This document shows, piece after piece, positions 9,244 to 18,234 of a DNA stretch of 64,000 nt (position 1 is the first letter of the stretch; each line of letters starts with the position of its first letter). Made by a program: the position numbers and the translations under genes. The notes below the pieces were generated by a model. The model searched no databases and had not been told where the DNA came from. It worked only from the letters and a program-made list of their open reading frames with translations. Source of the DNA: a virus (lineage: Duplodnaviria; Heunggongvirae; Uroviricota; Caudoviricetes); IMG/VR virus record IMGVR_UViG_3300025944_000008; one strand, 5' to 3'.

Positions 9244-10632
9244 ATGTCAAAGCTTCTGCTGCCGGTGCGGGCACCGGATAAGGCGTATATCGATCGCCTG
9301 CTGTGGCTACCCAAGTGGGGAATCCGGCAGCAGGCGATCACCGACACTCTCGAATTCTGGGATGTCGAAGATCGAGATCCGGTGCGCGTTCGCCTGTGGG
9401 AGGACTCACCTCACCACATCGGCGTGCCACGGGAGTTTCTCAAAGTCTCCGACTACCAGTCCTACCCATTTCCCTTCGTTGATCTGACGCCCCGATCGTT
9501 CCCCAAGAGTGGGCTGTCGACGAAGATCGAGCTGCGCAATCAGAAGCAAGCCGAGGCCTATGCAGCAATGCAGGCCAACCCCAATGGCATCCTCAACCTC
9601 GGCTGCGGCAAGGGTAAAACAGTCCTGGCACTCAAGCGTCTAGTCGAGCTTGGGTGTCCAGGACTGGTAGTTGTTCACAACTCGTATCTCTTTACACAGT
9701 GGAGAGAGCGAATTGAGGAACACGTTATTCTTCCAAAGGGGGAGAAGATCGGCGTCATCCAGGGCAAGGAGCTTGACTGGGAGAGGCCAATCGTAATCGC
9801 CATGATTCATACGTTGGCGCTGCGGGCGAAGGAGAAGAAGCTCCCTCCTGGCTTCGACCGGCACTTCGGGGTGGGCATCTACGACGAGGTTCATCACCTC
9901 GCAGCCAAGCTGTTCTCCCAGACCGCAGCGACAGTCATGGGATACCGTCTTGGGCTAACCGCGACACCGCGGCGTCTCGACGGGCTCGAGTACATCTACC
10001 ACTACCATCTGGGCCCAGTCTTCTACACAGACACAGAGCAAGACCTGATTCCCAGAACCTACTTCCAGCTCACCCCAACGCAAATGGATCTGGGCAAGGG
10101 CAACAGTGAGGTGAGGGATGTGACGGGAGAGCTCAGTGTCTCGATGATGCGCTCCGCGCTTGGAAAAGACGACGTGGCCAACGAGTTCCGCTGGCGCTGC
10201 ATCATGGAGGCTGTGAAAGAGGGACGGAAGATCTTGGCTGTCTCTCACTCGAAAGCGCAACTCAAGGCACTACACGAGAAGACACCCGGCTCTGCAATCA
10301 TCATCGAGGAGACGCCACAAGAAGAACGATCTGCACTACTGAAGCGCAGCCAGGTGACCTACGCCATTGCTCGTCTTGGCGTAGAGGGTCTGGACGACCC
10401 GCAGCTTGACACGCTTTTCTTTCTCACGCCGTTCTCGTCGGAGAACGACCTGGAGCAAGCGAAAGGGCGCATCGGCGCCAGAGACCCACAACTGAAGAAG
10501 GGCCACCCTGTGATGATCGTCTTCGATGACGTCCACATCCCGCCCTTCCATGCGATGTGCAAGAAGCTGAAGTCGAAGCTCAGGAGCTGGAGCTATCCGT
10601 TCCAGGTTCTCAACGCACCCAACTTCACGTGA
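9244..10632 (+). CDS. Superfamily-2 DEAH-box DNA helicase (UvsW/DEAD-like), 462 aa
   Basis: Motif I LNLGCGKGKT, motif II IYDEVHHL (DEVH), motif VI-like QAKGRIGAR; GGAGAC RBS. Confidence 0.8.
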   Translation: MSKLLLPVRAPDKAYIDRLLWLPKWGIRQQAITDTLEFWDVEDRDPVRVRLWEDSPHHIGVPREFLKVSDYQSYPFPFVDLTPRSFPKSGLSTKIELRNQKQAEAYAAMQANPNGILNLGCGKGKTVLALKRLVELGCPGLVVVHNSYLFTQWRERIEEHVILPKGEKIGVIQGKELDWERPIVIAMIHTLALRAKEKKLPPGFDRHFGVGIYDEVHHLAAKLFSQTAATVMGYRLGLTATPRRLDGLEYIYHYHLGPVFYTDTEQDLIPRTYFQLTPTQMDLGKGNSEVRDVTGELSVSMMRSALGKDDVANEFRWRCIMEAVKEGRKILAVSHSKAQLKALHEKTPGSAIIIEETPQEERSALLKRSQVTYAIARLGVEGLDDPQLDTLFFLTPFSSENDLEQAKGRIGARDPQLKKGHPVMIVFDDVHIPPFHAMCKKLKSKLRSWSYPFQVLNAPNFT

Positions 10633-10639
10633 GGTAGTC

Positions 10640-11437
10640 ATGCAGAAGCTGGAGCGGCTGCAGACCCTCGTCAACGAGTGGTCTAACTGCCAGAAGTGCC
10701 CACTGCTGTGCAATGAGAGGAAGAACGTAGTCTTCGGCTATGGGCAGTTCGACAAGGTCCCGATCTACGACCATAACATCAACCGCCAGATTGGCTTCGG
10801 CGGTCAGGTTCTCATCATTGGTGAGGCGCCCGGCGCCAATGAGGACGAGCAGGGTCATCCCTTCGTCGGCAAGTCGGGGATGCTGCTGAATCAGTACCTC
10901 GCCTCTGTCAGCGCCCGCCCAGAGGTCAGGGAGAAGCTGGCCGAGATCAACAAGGAGTCGAGCTCGGAGAGGACGCAGCGACTGGATTACGAGCTCCGCC
11001 AGCTCCTCATCCAAGAGTTCTTCTTCACCAACGTCATCTCCTGCCATCCGCCAGAGAACCGGGATCCGACCCCCAAGGAGGTCGCCGCGTGCCGGCCGCG
11101 GTTACTGGAGACGATCTACATCGTCGACCCAGTCATCATCATCGCGGTAGGCCGCATCGCAGTCGAGAGCTTGCTCGGCAGGAAGATCTCCATCACTGGA
11201 GTTCGTGGTGAGCTCTTCGACGTCCCGGTTCCAGGGAGGCTGCTCGGCCGCAACCTGACCTACCCGCTCATCGCGACGCTGCACCCCAGCTACTTGATGA
11301 GGAAGAACGACTTCAACCAAAAGGGAGGAGAGGGGGCCAAGACGTTCCATGACTTCTTGCGGGCCGTAAAGCTTGTGGACGACTACAACTTCCGCAACTT
11401 CGGCATCCCGCATCCAGACCGCCGGGAGGACGAGTGA
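10640..11437 (+). CDS. Uracil-DNA glycosylase superfamily, family 4 (Fe-S type), 265 aa
   Basis: Motif A GEAPGANEDEQGHPFVGKSG and motif B TLHPSYLM. Cys ligands CQKCPLLC plus a later VISCHPP match the 4Fe-4S family-4 architecture. Confidence 0.8.
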   Translation: MQKLERLQTLVNEWSNCQKCPLLCNERKNVVFGYGQFDKVPIYDHNINRQIGFGGQVLIIGEAPGANEDEQGHPFVGKSGMLLNQYLASVSARPEVREKLAEINKESSSERTQRLDYELRQLLIQEFFFTNVISCHPPENRDPTPKEVAACRPRLLETIYIVDPVIIIAVGRIAVESLLGRKISITGVRGELFDVPVPGRLLGRNLTYPLIATLHPSYLMRKNDFNQKGGEGAKTFHDFLRAVKLVDDYNFRNFGIPHPDRREDE

Positions 11438-11610
11438 TGATGACCCTTCAGGCCTACGTCAAGGAGCAGATCCGACTGCTCAACAAATTCGAGCAACATT
11501 GGGAGAAAAGATCTCTGCGACAGCCCAAAGAGTATCCATCCGAATTACCGGCTGGAGACTGGGATGAGCAGTTTGATCTCTTTACGGCGAACAAGGAGAA
11601 CGAGCGATGA
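11437..11610 (+). CDS. Small hypothetical protein, 57 aa
   Basis: ATG overlaps the UDG stop (TGATGATG); ends in an ATGA overlap with the next gene. Below the ORF-track size cutoff. Confidence 0.35.
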   Translation: MMTLQAYVKEQIRLLNKFEQHWEKRSLRQPKEYPSELPAGDWDEQFDLFTANKENER

Positions 11611-12128
11611 GCACGGTCAAGGACTACATCCCCACGCAGGACACCCAGAACGTCGTCAACAAGTTCCTCTCGGCCGACCAGAAGTACCAGGCCGCGTGGG
11701 CCGAGTTCTACGACCGCCATCAGCAGGAGATCGACCAGCTCGACCAGCTTCGTGAAGAGCGCAACGTGAACCTGGACGAGGCCGGCAAGATGCTCCGCAG
11801 CGAGGCCACCCGCCTCGACCCGACCCGCTACAAGACGTTCAAGTTCGGGCCGTTCCAGGTCTCGAAGAAGTTCGGCTCGGACAGCTTCCGCGCGGTCGAG
11901 TTCGTCAACCTCGCCAAGTCGCTCGGCTTCAAGAAGCAGATGGAAGACGAGGGCGCGATCGCCACGAAGATCGAGATCAACCAGGAAGCGGCCAACGAGT
12001 TCCTCAAGAAGAACGGGCTCGAGAAGCAGTTCGCCACCACCATCGAGCCCGGCCTGGCCATGACGCCGGCGGTGTCCGGTCCGAAGCCGATCCCGGCATT
12101 CGGTCAGGAGCTCAAGGCCGGCAAGTGA
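11607..12128 (+). CDS. Hypothetical protein, 173 aa
   Basis: ORF with good third-position bias; translationally coupled to both neighbours. Confidence 0.55.
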   Translation: MSTVKDYIPTQDTQNVVNKFLSADQKYQAAWAEFYDRHQQEIDQLDQLREERNVNLDEAGKMLRSEATRLDPTRYKTFKFGPFQVSKKFGSDSFRAVEFVNLAKSLGFKKQMEDEGAIATKIEINQEAANEFLKKNGLEKQFATTIEPGLAMTPAVSGPKPIPAFGQELKAGK

Positions 12129-12367
12129 ACATCGACAAGGAGCAGGAGGAGAAGCTCGAGGCTGTTCTCAAGAAGATCGGTAAGGGAGATGGACTCACCG
12201 ACGAAGAGCTCGAGCTCGCCATCGACTTTCATAAGGAAGCGGAGTGGCGCCTCAAGCTTCTCGGTCCGCATTTTCACTTGGCTTGGAGAGAAGTCTACTT
12301 CAGGCTGACCGCGTTCGAAGAGTTCAAGCTGAACCGGCAACGGAACCACGGGCGCAAGCTCAAGTGA
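12125..12367 (+). CDS. Hypothetical protein, 80 aa (GTG start)
   Basis: GTG at 12125 overlaps the previous stop; followed directly by a textbook terminator. Confidence 0.45.
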   Translation: MNIDKEQEEKLEAVLKKIGKGDGLTDEELELAIDFHKEAEWRLKLLGPHFHLAWREVYFRLTAFEEFKLNRQRNHGRKLK

Positions 12368-12375
12368 CCACCAAA

Positions 12376-12407
12376 CCTCACCTCCTTCGGGAGGTGGGGC
12401 TTTTCTT
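12376..12407 (+). terminator. Rho-independent terminator with UUCG tetraloop
   Basis: cctcacctcc-ttcg-ggaggtgggg gives a 10-bp stem with one G·U pair and a UUCG loop, followed by cttttctt. Confidence 0.8.
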
Positions 12408-12422
12408 ACCTAGGAGCGATAG

Positions 12423-12710
12423 ATGCCGAAGATGGGACTGGAAGCAACGCTGGACGAGCTGGAGAAGGGCCAGACCTGGCCCGGCACCCGTGCCTTCAAG
12501 TTCGCCGTTCCGATCGATGACCTGAAGAAGTACGGCCTTCGCAAGCCGAAGGGGACGCCGGACGAGCAGCAGTACATCTCGATCTGGCAGCTCGACATCT
12601 GCGAGCAGGGCGGCCAGCCGGCGTCCTTCTGGGGGTTCCGGCTGCTCGACGCGGCGAAGAAGGCCTACGACATGAAGTATCCCAACCAGGCGGTGGGCAA
12701 TGGGTCGTGA
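12423..12710 (+). CDS. Hypothetical protein, 95 aa
   Basis: AGGAG RBS before the ATG at 12423. Confidence 0.5.
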   Translation: MPKMGLEATLDELEKGQTWPGTRAFKFAVPIDDLKKYGLRKPKGTPDEQQYISIWQLDICEQGGQPASFWGFRLLDAAKKAYDMKYPNQAVGNGS

Positions 12711-12999
12711 AGTGACGAGACAGGAAGCAGGCGAGGAAGGCCTCATCATCACCGTCGCTGGCAAGTGCAATCGAGGCAAGACGACGGTGGCTCGCTTCAT
12801 CGAAGAGGCCCTGCGTCGGGAAGGGTTCGTGGACGTCACAGTCTACGACGACCCGCGCGACAGCATTCCCAACAAGGCATCCATCGACCAGCGCATCGAG
12901 GCCACGAAGAAGCGGACGGTCTACATCGAGACTGTCCAGCTCAAGGCGCGCCTCTCGCGTGGAATCGAGCCCGGAGAAGTTCCGATCGCCGAGGACTAG
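12700..12999 (+). CDS. Mini P-loop NTPase-like protein, 99 aa
   Basis: Walker A-like AGKCNRGKTT after a hydrophobic strand (LIITVAG), and a candidate Walker B VDVTVYDD. Too short for a canonical kinase. Confidence 0.5.
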   Translation: MGREVTRQEAGEEGLIITVAGKCNRGKTTVARFIEEALRREGFVDVTVYDDPRDSIPNKASIDQRIEATKKRTVYIETVQLKARLSRGIEPGEVPIAED

Positions 13000-13102
13000 T
13001 CCCATGGAAGTGGTTCTCCCTCACACAAGCTTCACTGTGCGACGCGTCTACAGTCAGAACAGTCGTGACGTAGACAACGAGGTTCTTGAAGGAGAGGCTC
13101 CC

Positions 13103-13387
13103 ATGTCTCAGCAACAGCAGGACTACTACAAGGCGATCATCGGGGACGGGCTCGCTCGCGTCTCCGTCGGGCGCGACATGAGCGAGATGGACTTCGGCTC
13201 CGGCGGCAAGGTGTTCGTGTCCGTCTCCCTCGTCTGCAACCAAGATGCGCAGACCGTCAACTACGCCGTGGGGTTGGCAGCGCAGATCGCGGACTACCAG
13301 ATCGAGCAGCACTTCCAGCAGATGAAGCAGCGCTGCGAAGCCATGGGGCTCCTCAAGCCTGCGGCGCCAGCAAGGCCGGCGTACTGA
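13103..13387 (+). CDS. Hypothetical protein, 94 aa (MSQQQQDYYKAIIG…)
   Basis: GGAGAGG RBS before the ATG at 13103. The longer ORF-track version (12959) lacks an RBS and overlaps the previous gene. Confidence 0.45.
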   Translation: MSQQQQDYYKAIIGDGLARVSVGRDMSEMDFGSGGKVFVSVSLVCNQDAQTVNYAVGLAAQIADYQIEQHFQQMKQRCEAMGLLKPAAPARPAY

Positions 13388-13665
13388 TGCTGGTGTCCAA
13401 GTCGAAGTGCCGGATCGTGGGCATCGAGCTTCAGCAGGCGCATCTCAACTTCGTCAATCCAGCCCTGCCCCCGTTGACGGCGGATTTCGTCCTCATCCGC
13501 GATGACGAGGAGCGGGCTGGGTTGCTGCAGCGACGGCTGGAGTGGAGTCCTCGCACTCTCGCCGCGCTCGCAGAGTTGCAGGATGCGATGGAAGCGGAGA
13601 CACTCGAGCACGTGTTCGAGCCGCAGCCACCGCAGGAGCAAGCACGAGAACCCGAGCAGATGTAG
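13387..13665 (+). CDS. Hypothetical acidic protein, 92 aa
   Basis: ATGA start-stop overlap with the upstream gene. Confidence 0.45.
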   Translation: MLVSKSKCRIVGIELQQAHLNFVNPALPPLTADFVLIRDDEERAGLLQRRLEWSPRTLAALAELQDAMEAETLEHVFEPQPPQEQAREPEQM

Positions 13666-13733
13666 CGTGATAGCAGTTCAAACTTGATCTCCTCTCCCGC
13701 CTGGGAGTAGGACTACAGTTTCGCGAGGACCCT

Positions 13734-14117
13734 ATGGGGAACCACGACGATCGCCGGGGCAGCAACAGATCGATCCCGCCGGCGATAAGCCCGTCCCAGG
13801 CAGGTGAGCTTAGCCGCATGGTCCATGAGGCCCGCGGCAAGTCCCTGGACAACGAGAAGCGCATCCAGGCACTCGAAGCAACGGTCAACGACAAGAGTCA
13901 GTGGAACAATACGGTGCGGGAGTGGATCGGCAAGCAGGTGCTGGTCTACCTCGTCACCGGCGACAATGTTCGCGGCGTGCTTCGAAGCCTCGATCGATAC
14001 ACACTGCAAGTGGCAGGACGGATCTATGACAAGGATGGTGACTTGCTCGTCGGCGCCGAAGAGAGCGAGCTCATCATCCACAAAGGATCGATCGCCGTTA
14101 TCTGCCAAGATAAGTAG
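13734..14117 (+). CDS. Sm/Hfq-like protein with N-terminal coiled-coil extension, 127 aa
   Basis: Sm1-like VLVYLVTGDNVRGVLRSLDRYTLQV and Sm2-like IHKGSIAVI, aligned by eye to Hfq ([25 protein letters not shown] … YKHAISTV). Confidence 0.45.
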   Translation: MGNHDDRRGSNRSIPPAISPSQAGELSRMVHEARGKSLDNEKRIQALEATVNDKSQWNNTVREWIGKQVLVYLVTGDNVRGVLRSLDRYTLQVAGRIYDKDGDLLVGAEESELIIHKGSIAVICQDK

Positions 14118-14165
14118 TCGCATGCAGTACCCGTGATCCAGGCACGGGAAAGGGAGGTCGCGATA

Positions 14166-15578
14166 ATGGCAGCGCACGTGGAATACGCGCTAATCTCGCG
14201 TATTTTGGACTATCAGGATTTCTTCACAGTCCAGAAGGCCCGCATCACCGAGGAGTTCTTCCTCGAGGCGCTTTGTCGCCAGGTTTTCTGCTTCATTCGG
14301 GATCATTTCACGAGCCGATACACCTACGGCTCGGTCCCGAGTTGGGAGATCGTCCTTCAGCGATTTCCTGCCTTCCAGCGTGTCTACAACAACGACACGG
14401 TCTCTACCCTCTGCGAGCAGCTTCACACCTCGAAGCTCTCCATCCAAATCAAGTCACTTGCAGAGCAGCTCTGGGAGATCGCCGAGCAGAATCCCAGAGA
14501 GGCGCTCAGCCTGGTCCGTGCGAGCTCATCCCAACTCTCTGGGATGCACGAGCGGTCCAACGACTTGCTCATGTCGGACGCCTATGAAGTGCTCAAGCAA
14601 GAGTACGACTTGGTGGCCAGTGGGCACGGCCTCCTCGGCATCCCGTGGCCGTGGGACGTGCTCAATGACGAGACTCAGGGCCTGCAGCCAGGGCAGTTCA
14701 TCGTCCTGTACGGACGACCCAAGAACATGAAGACGTGGGTTGGTCTGGCCATCGCATCTCATGCCTATCTACACGCCCACCAACGAGTGCTCGTCATCTC
14801 GATGGAGATGTCATCCACCGACATCCAGCGACGAGCCGCATCGGTCTGCGCCAAGGTCGACTACCAGAAGTGGCGCAAAGCCCAACTGCAACCGTACGAC
14901 AGAGACCGTCTCTTCAACTGGCTGCAGTTCCTCAAGCAGGGCGAGCGCACGGTCACCAACGCGGGTGGCAATCACCCGGAGTTCTTGGCCATGTCCGGCA
15001 TGGGCGAGGGCATCGGGCTGGTGCAGGCCAAGATCTTCGAGTTCCGCCCGACCCTTGTCGTGGTGGATGGCCTGTACCGCCTGCGGAACGACAGAAACAA
15101 AACACGCTCCATCGACTGGAAGGATGTCACGGCCGTCGTCCAGGACCTGAACGAGACGGCCAAGACCCTCAACATCCCCATCATCGGCATCACTCAGGCC
15201 AACCGCTCCGCCGCCAAAGCCTCACCCAAAGAGGCAGACGTCGCAGAGCTCGCGTTCGCCGACGCTCTCGGCCAGGAGTGCGACATGGCCATCCGGGTCA
15301 AGAAAGAGAAGGACCCGCAGACCCACGAGCCGGAGGTCATCATGAGCTTCCCGGCGGCTCGCGAGTACGAAGTCGAGAACATCGTCATCCACGGCATTCC
15401 CGGCGTGAACTTCGGATTCAAGCGAGTCTGGGTCCCTCAGGCTGACCCGAATCAGGGACAGACCCAGCAGAGCAGCAATGGCCAGAAGAACGGTGCCAGC
15501 AAGAAGTCGAACGGCCAGCAACAGATGCTCCCAGGTGGCGGGCGCATGGCACCAAAGCCTCCCTTCGCGCAGTACTAG
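14166..15578 (+). CDS. DnaB-family replicative helicase (RecA-fold C-terminal domain), about 470 aa
   Basis: GQFIVLYGRPKNMKTWVGLAIA P-loop variant, LVVVDGLYRL Walker B, IPIIGITQANR arginine-finger region. GGGAGG RBS 8 nt before the ATG at 14166; the ORF track's GTG 14133 has no RBS. Confidence 0.85.
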   Translation: MAAHVEYALISRILDYQDFFTVQKARITEEFFLEALCRQVFCFIRDHFTSRYTYGSVPSWEIVLQRFPAFQRVYNNDTVSTLCEQLHTSKLSIQIKSLAEQLWEIAEQNPREALSLVRASSSQLSGMHERSNDLLMSDAYEVLKQEYDLVASGHGLLGIPWPWDVLNDETQGLQPGQFIVLYGRPKNMKTWVGLAIASHAYLHAHQRVLVISMEMSSTDIQRRAASVCAKVDYQKWRKAQLQPYDRDRLFNWLQFLKQGERTVTNAGGNHPEFLAMSGMGEGIGLVQAKIFEFRPTLVVVDGLYRLRNDRNKTRSIDWKDVTAVVQDLNETAKTLNIPIIGITQANRSAAKASPKEADVAELAFADALGQECDMAIRVKKEKDPQTHEPEVIMSFPAAREYEVENIVIHGIPGVNFGFKRVWVPQADPNQGQTQQSSNGQKNGASKKSNGQQQMLPGGGRMAPKPPFAQY

Positions 15579-15587
15579 GAGTCGGAC

Positions 15588-16664
15588 ATGAGGGACCAGG
15601 TCATCGCGGTGCTCGAGCGGCACCTCGACCTGGGGAACTATCGTTTCTCGGGCGACTCGAACATCAAAATCAAATGCCCGTTCCACAAGGGTGGACAGGA
15701 GACGAAGGCCTCGTTCTCCATCAATGTCGATACGGGCATATTCCAGTGCTTCACCTGCCACGTCGCCGGCACCGTCAAGAAGCTCCTCTCCATGCTTGGT
15801 CTCCCCAAGCAGACGGTGGATTCCGAGACTGCGGGCCTCAAAGCTCTGTTCGATGCGAACCTCAATGCCCTGCGGCACCGACGCAGGACGGATTGCATCA
15901 ACAACAACCCGTTCGAGGCCAAGCACATCCTCCCGGAGATGATCCTTTCGGCCTACGAGTTCCTTCCAACCAAGCTTGTGGAGGACGGGTTCGATCCCAC
16001 CATCCTGCAGTACTGCGAGGTTGGCTACGACCGCTTCAACAATCGAATCACATATCCGATTCGGGATCTCTATGGTAACTTGGCGGGCATCGCTGGTGGT
16101 CGAGTGTTCGACTATCAGGAGCCCAAATACCTCGTCTATTTGGGTAAGAGGAAGGAGCGAGACACAGGCCGTGTCATCCCCAGCAACTTCGGTCCGTGGT
16201 TCGACGACGACTACCAGTACGAAGGGTACGAGTTCGACAATCACGACTACCTGTGGGGACTCGATAAGGTCTACCCTCGCCTCTTCTTCGGAAAGGAGCC
16301 GCAGACCCTAGTTGTCGTTGAGGGCTACAAGGCGGCCATGTGGTGCATCCAGGCTGGCTGGGTGAACACGGTGGCACTGATGGGCAGCTCGCTTTCGTAT
16401 CGTCAGAAGCAGCTACTCCTCAGGGTCAGAGACAACAAGATCGTCTTCTTCCTCGACAACAACCAGGCAGGGAGAGAAGGCACCAGGAAGATCGCATCCG
16501 AGCTTCACAAGTTGATAAATGGGGTCTTGATTGCCTGCTACCCCGACGACGCTCACGAAGAGTGTCAACCGGACGACCTGATTCCTCAGGCCGTGTCCTC
16601 GGCTATCGCAGGCGCTGTGACGTACCCCAATTGGAGAAAGGGACAAGCTCATGGGAATTGGTAG
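15588..16664 (+). CDS. DnaG-type DNA primase (CHC2 zinc finger + TOPRIM), 358 aa
   Basis: CPFHKGGQETKASFSINVDTGIFQCFTCHVAG matches the DnaG zinc-binding motif. TOPRIM elements VVVEGYKAAMW and FFLDNNQAGREG. Confidence 0.85.
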   Translation: MRDQVIAVLERHLDLGNYRFSGDSNIKIKCPFHKGGQETKASFSINVDTGIFQCFTCHVAGTVKKLLSMLGLPKQTVDSETAGLKALFDANLNALRHRRRTDCINNNPFEAKHILPEMILSAYEFLPTKLVEDGFDPTILQYCEVGYDRFNNRITYPIRDLYGNLAGIAGGRVFDYQEPKYLVYLGKRKERDTGRVIPSNFGPWFDDDYQYEGYEFDNHDYLWGLDKVYPRLFFGKEPQTLVVVEGYKAAMWCIQAGWVNTVALMGSSLSYRQKQLLLRVRDNKIVFFLDNNQAGREGTRKIASELHKLINGVLIACYPDDAHEECQPDDLIPQAVSSAIAGAVTYPNWRKGQAHGNW

Positions 16665-18135
16665 CCTCCGGCAGGGCGCGAAGAAGTTCACCGAGAACAG
16701 CAGCAAGGGTGGGAAGGGCGGGAAGGGTGGCTTCTTCAACAAGCTCCGCATCCCCCAACTGACTCCGCAGCTTCAGGGCATGCTCCGGCCCAACGAGAGC
16801 CCCGGCGAGCCGATCGTGCTCGTCCGCCCCGAGCCGCTCTACGACGACATCTACGACGTCGATGACCACGGCAACTGGAAGGGCACGAAGACCGAGGCTC
16901 TTCACTTCGTCCAGCACCAGGTCAAGCGTATCGAGAACGGCAAGGAGAAGTACGGCGACTTTCCTTGCTCCGCCGGCCCCAGCCCGCACGCTCCTCAGAA
17001 CTGCGTCGGGTGCCAGCAGAATGACGCTGGCAACAAGACCGTCGGCAATGGCCGCCAGCAGTGGGCCTTCAACGTCAAGCACCTCGTCCCCTACCACGAG
17101 ATCCCGCTGGTCGACAAGAAGACCGGTCAGATGCGGATGAAGCAGGACAACAGCGGTCCGGTGATGGTCCTGCAGCAGTGCCAGGTGGGGACGCCGAGCG
17201 AGCGCCTGTACGGCATGAAGAACAACCGCAACGGACAGTGCGAGCACTGCCAGCGCAACATGCCGCTCCTCTACGGCGCTCCGAAGTTCCTCCAGCTCGG
17301 CAAGAACCATCTCGAAGAGCTGTTCAAGGTCGATACCTTCCTCGAGCAGACCTGCGCGAACTGCATGACGCGCCTCATCAAGGTCGCCTTCGACTGCGCC
17401 CGCTGCGGCAACGAGATCCTCAACGTCGCCCAGTCCGGGTTCGTCAACGACCAGCTCAAGCAGTTCGCCGAGACGCCTCAGCAATGCCGTTCTTGCGGCC
17501 ACGTGGGGCTGGCGAAGCCGGCCTACGAGTGCGGCTTCGATCCCAACGGCATGTACAAGGTTCCCCAGGGCGGATGCTCTCAGAACGTCGAGCCGCGGCC
17601 GATGTCGATCTTCGACTGCGTGCTCTTCGTTCACAAGGAAGGTCAGGACACTCAGACCAAGCTCGTGATCTCCCCGCCGACGCCCATCCGGTTCTTCCGA
17701 ACCCACACGGGCAACACGGATCTCGAGCAGTTCCTCCAGCAGCCGCATCTCGTCCGCGGCATCAACCTCGTCGACGCGTTCAAGCCCATCGACCTGGAGG
17801 AGCAGGCGAGGATTTGCGGGGTTCCCAATCCCTTCGCCCCCCAGCAGCAACAGCAGTACCAGAACTACCCGGGGCAGCAGGGCGTGGCGCCTGGTCAGTA
17901 CGCTCCTCCGCCACAGCAGTACGGCGGCCAGATGCCTCCTCAGCAGCCGCAGTATGGTGCGCCGCAGCCTCCTCCGTACGGCGCACCGGTGCCGGGCTAC
18001 CCGCCTCCGCAACAGCAGCCGTTCCAGAACAACGGACCGCTGCCTGCTCAGTCGGGTGCGGGTAACATGCAGTACCCGCAACAGCAGCCTCCGGGCATGC
18101 CGTTCGGCGGTCGTCCCAACTTCGGAAAGCAGTAG
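16651..18135 (+). CDS. Multi-zinc-ribbon protein with a long Q/P/G/Y-rich C-terminal tail, 494 aa; candidate single-stranded DNA-binding protein
   Basis: Four CxxC pairs (CVGC, CEHC, CANC…CARC, CRSC); tail …PQQQQQYQNYPGQQGVAPGQYAPPPQQYGG…MPFGGRPNFGKQ. Sits between the primase and polymerase genes. Confidence 0.6.
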   Translation: MGIGSLRQGAKKFTENSSKGGKGGKGGFFNKLRIPQLTPQLQGMLRPNESPGEPIVLVRPEPLYDDIYDVDDHGNWKGTKTEALHFVQHQVKRIENGKEKYGDFPCSAGPSPHAPQNCVGCQQNDAGNKTVGNGRQQWAFNVKHLVPYHEIPLVDKKTGQMRMKQDNSGPVMVLQQCQVGTPSERLYGMKNNRNGQCEHCQRNMPLLYGAPKFLQLGKNHLEELFKVDTFLEQTCANCMTRLIKVAFDCARCGNEILNVAQSGFVNDQLKQFAETPQQCRSCGHVGLAKPAYECGFDPNGMYKVPQGGCSQNVEPRPMSIFDCVLFVHKEGQDTQTKLVISPPTPIRFFRTHTGNTDLEQFLQQPHLVRGINLVDAFKPIDLEEQARICGVPNPFAPQQQQQYQNYPGQQGVAPGQYAPPPQQYGGQMPPQQPQYGAPQPPPYGAPVPGYPPPQQQPFQNNGPLPAQSGAGNMQYPQQQPPGMPFGGRPNFGKQ

Positions 18136-18185
18136 CCCAAGACAGGAGGGTCCTCTCCTTCCCTCCTGATGTCTCGCCACGTGTG

Positions 18186-18219
18186 GCCCCGAGCGTGGGG
18201 AAAGTCGGGGCGTTCTTTT
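18186..18219 (+). terminator. Rho-independent terminator after the zinc-ribbon/Q-P-rich gene
   Basis: Stem gccccga/tcggggc (7 bp) with a 12-nt loop, then gttcttttc. A GC hairpin caggaggg…ccctcctg (18143-18168) lies directly after the stop codon. Confidence 0.6.
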
Positions 18220-18234
18220 CACAATAGGTGACTC

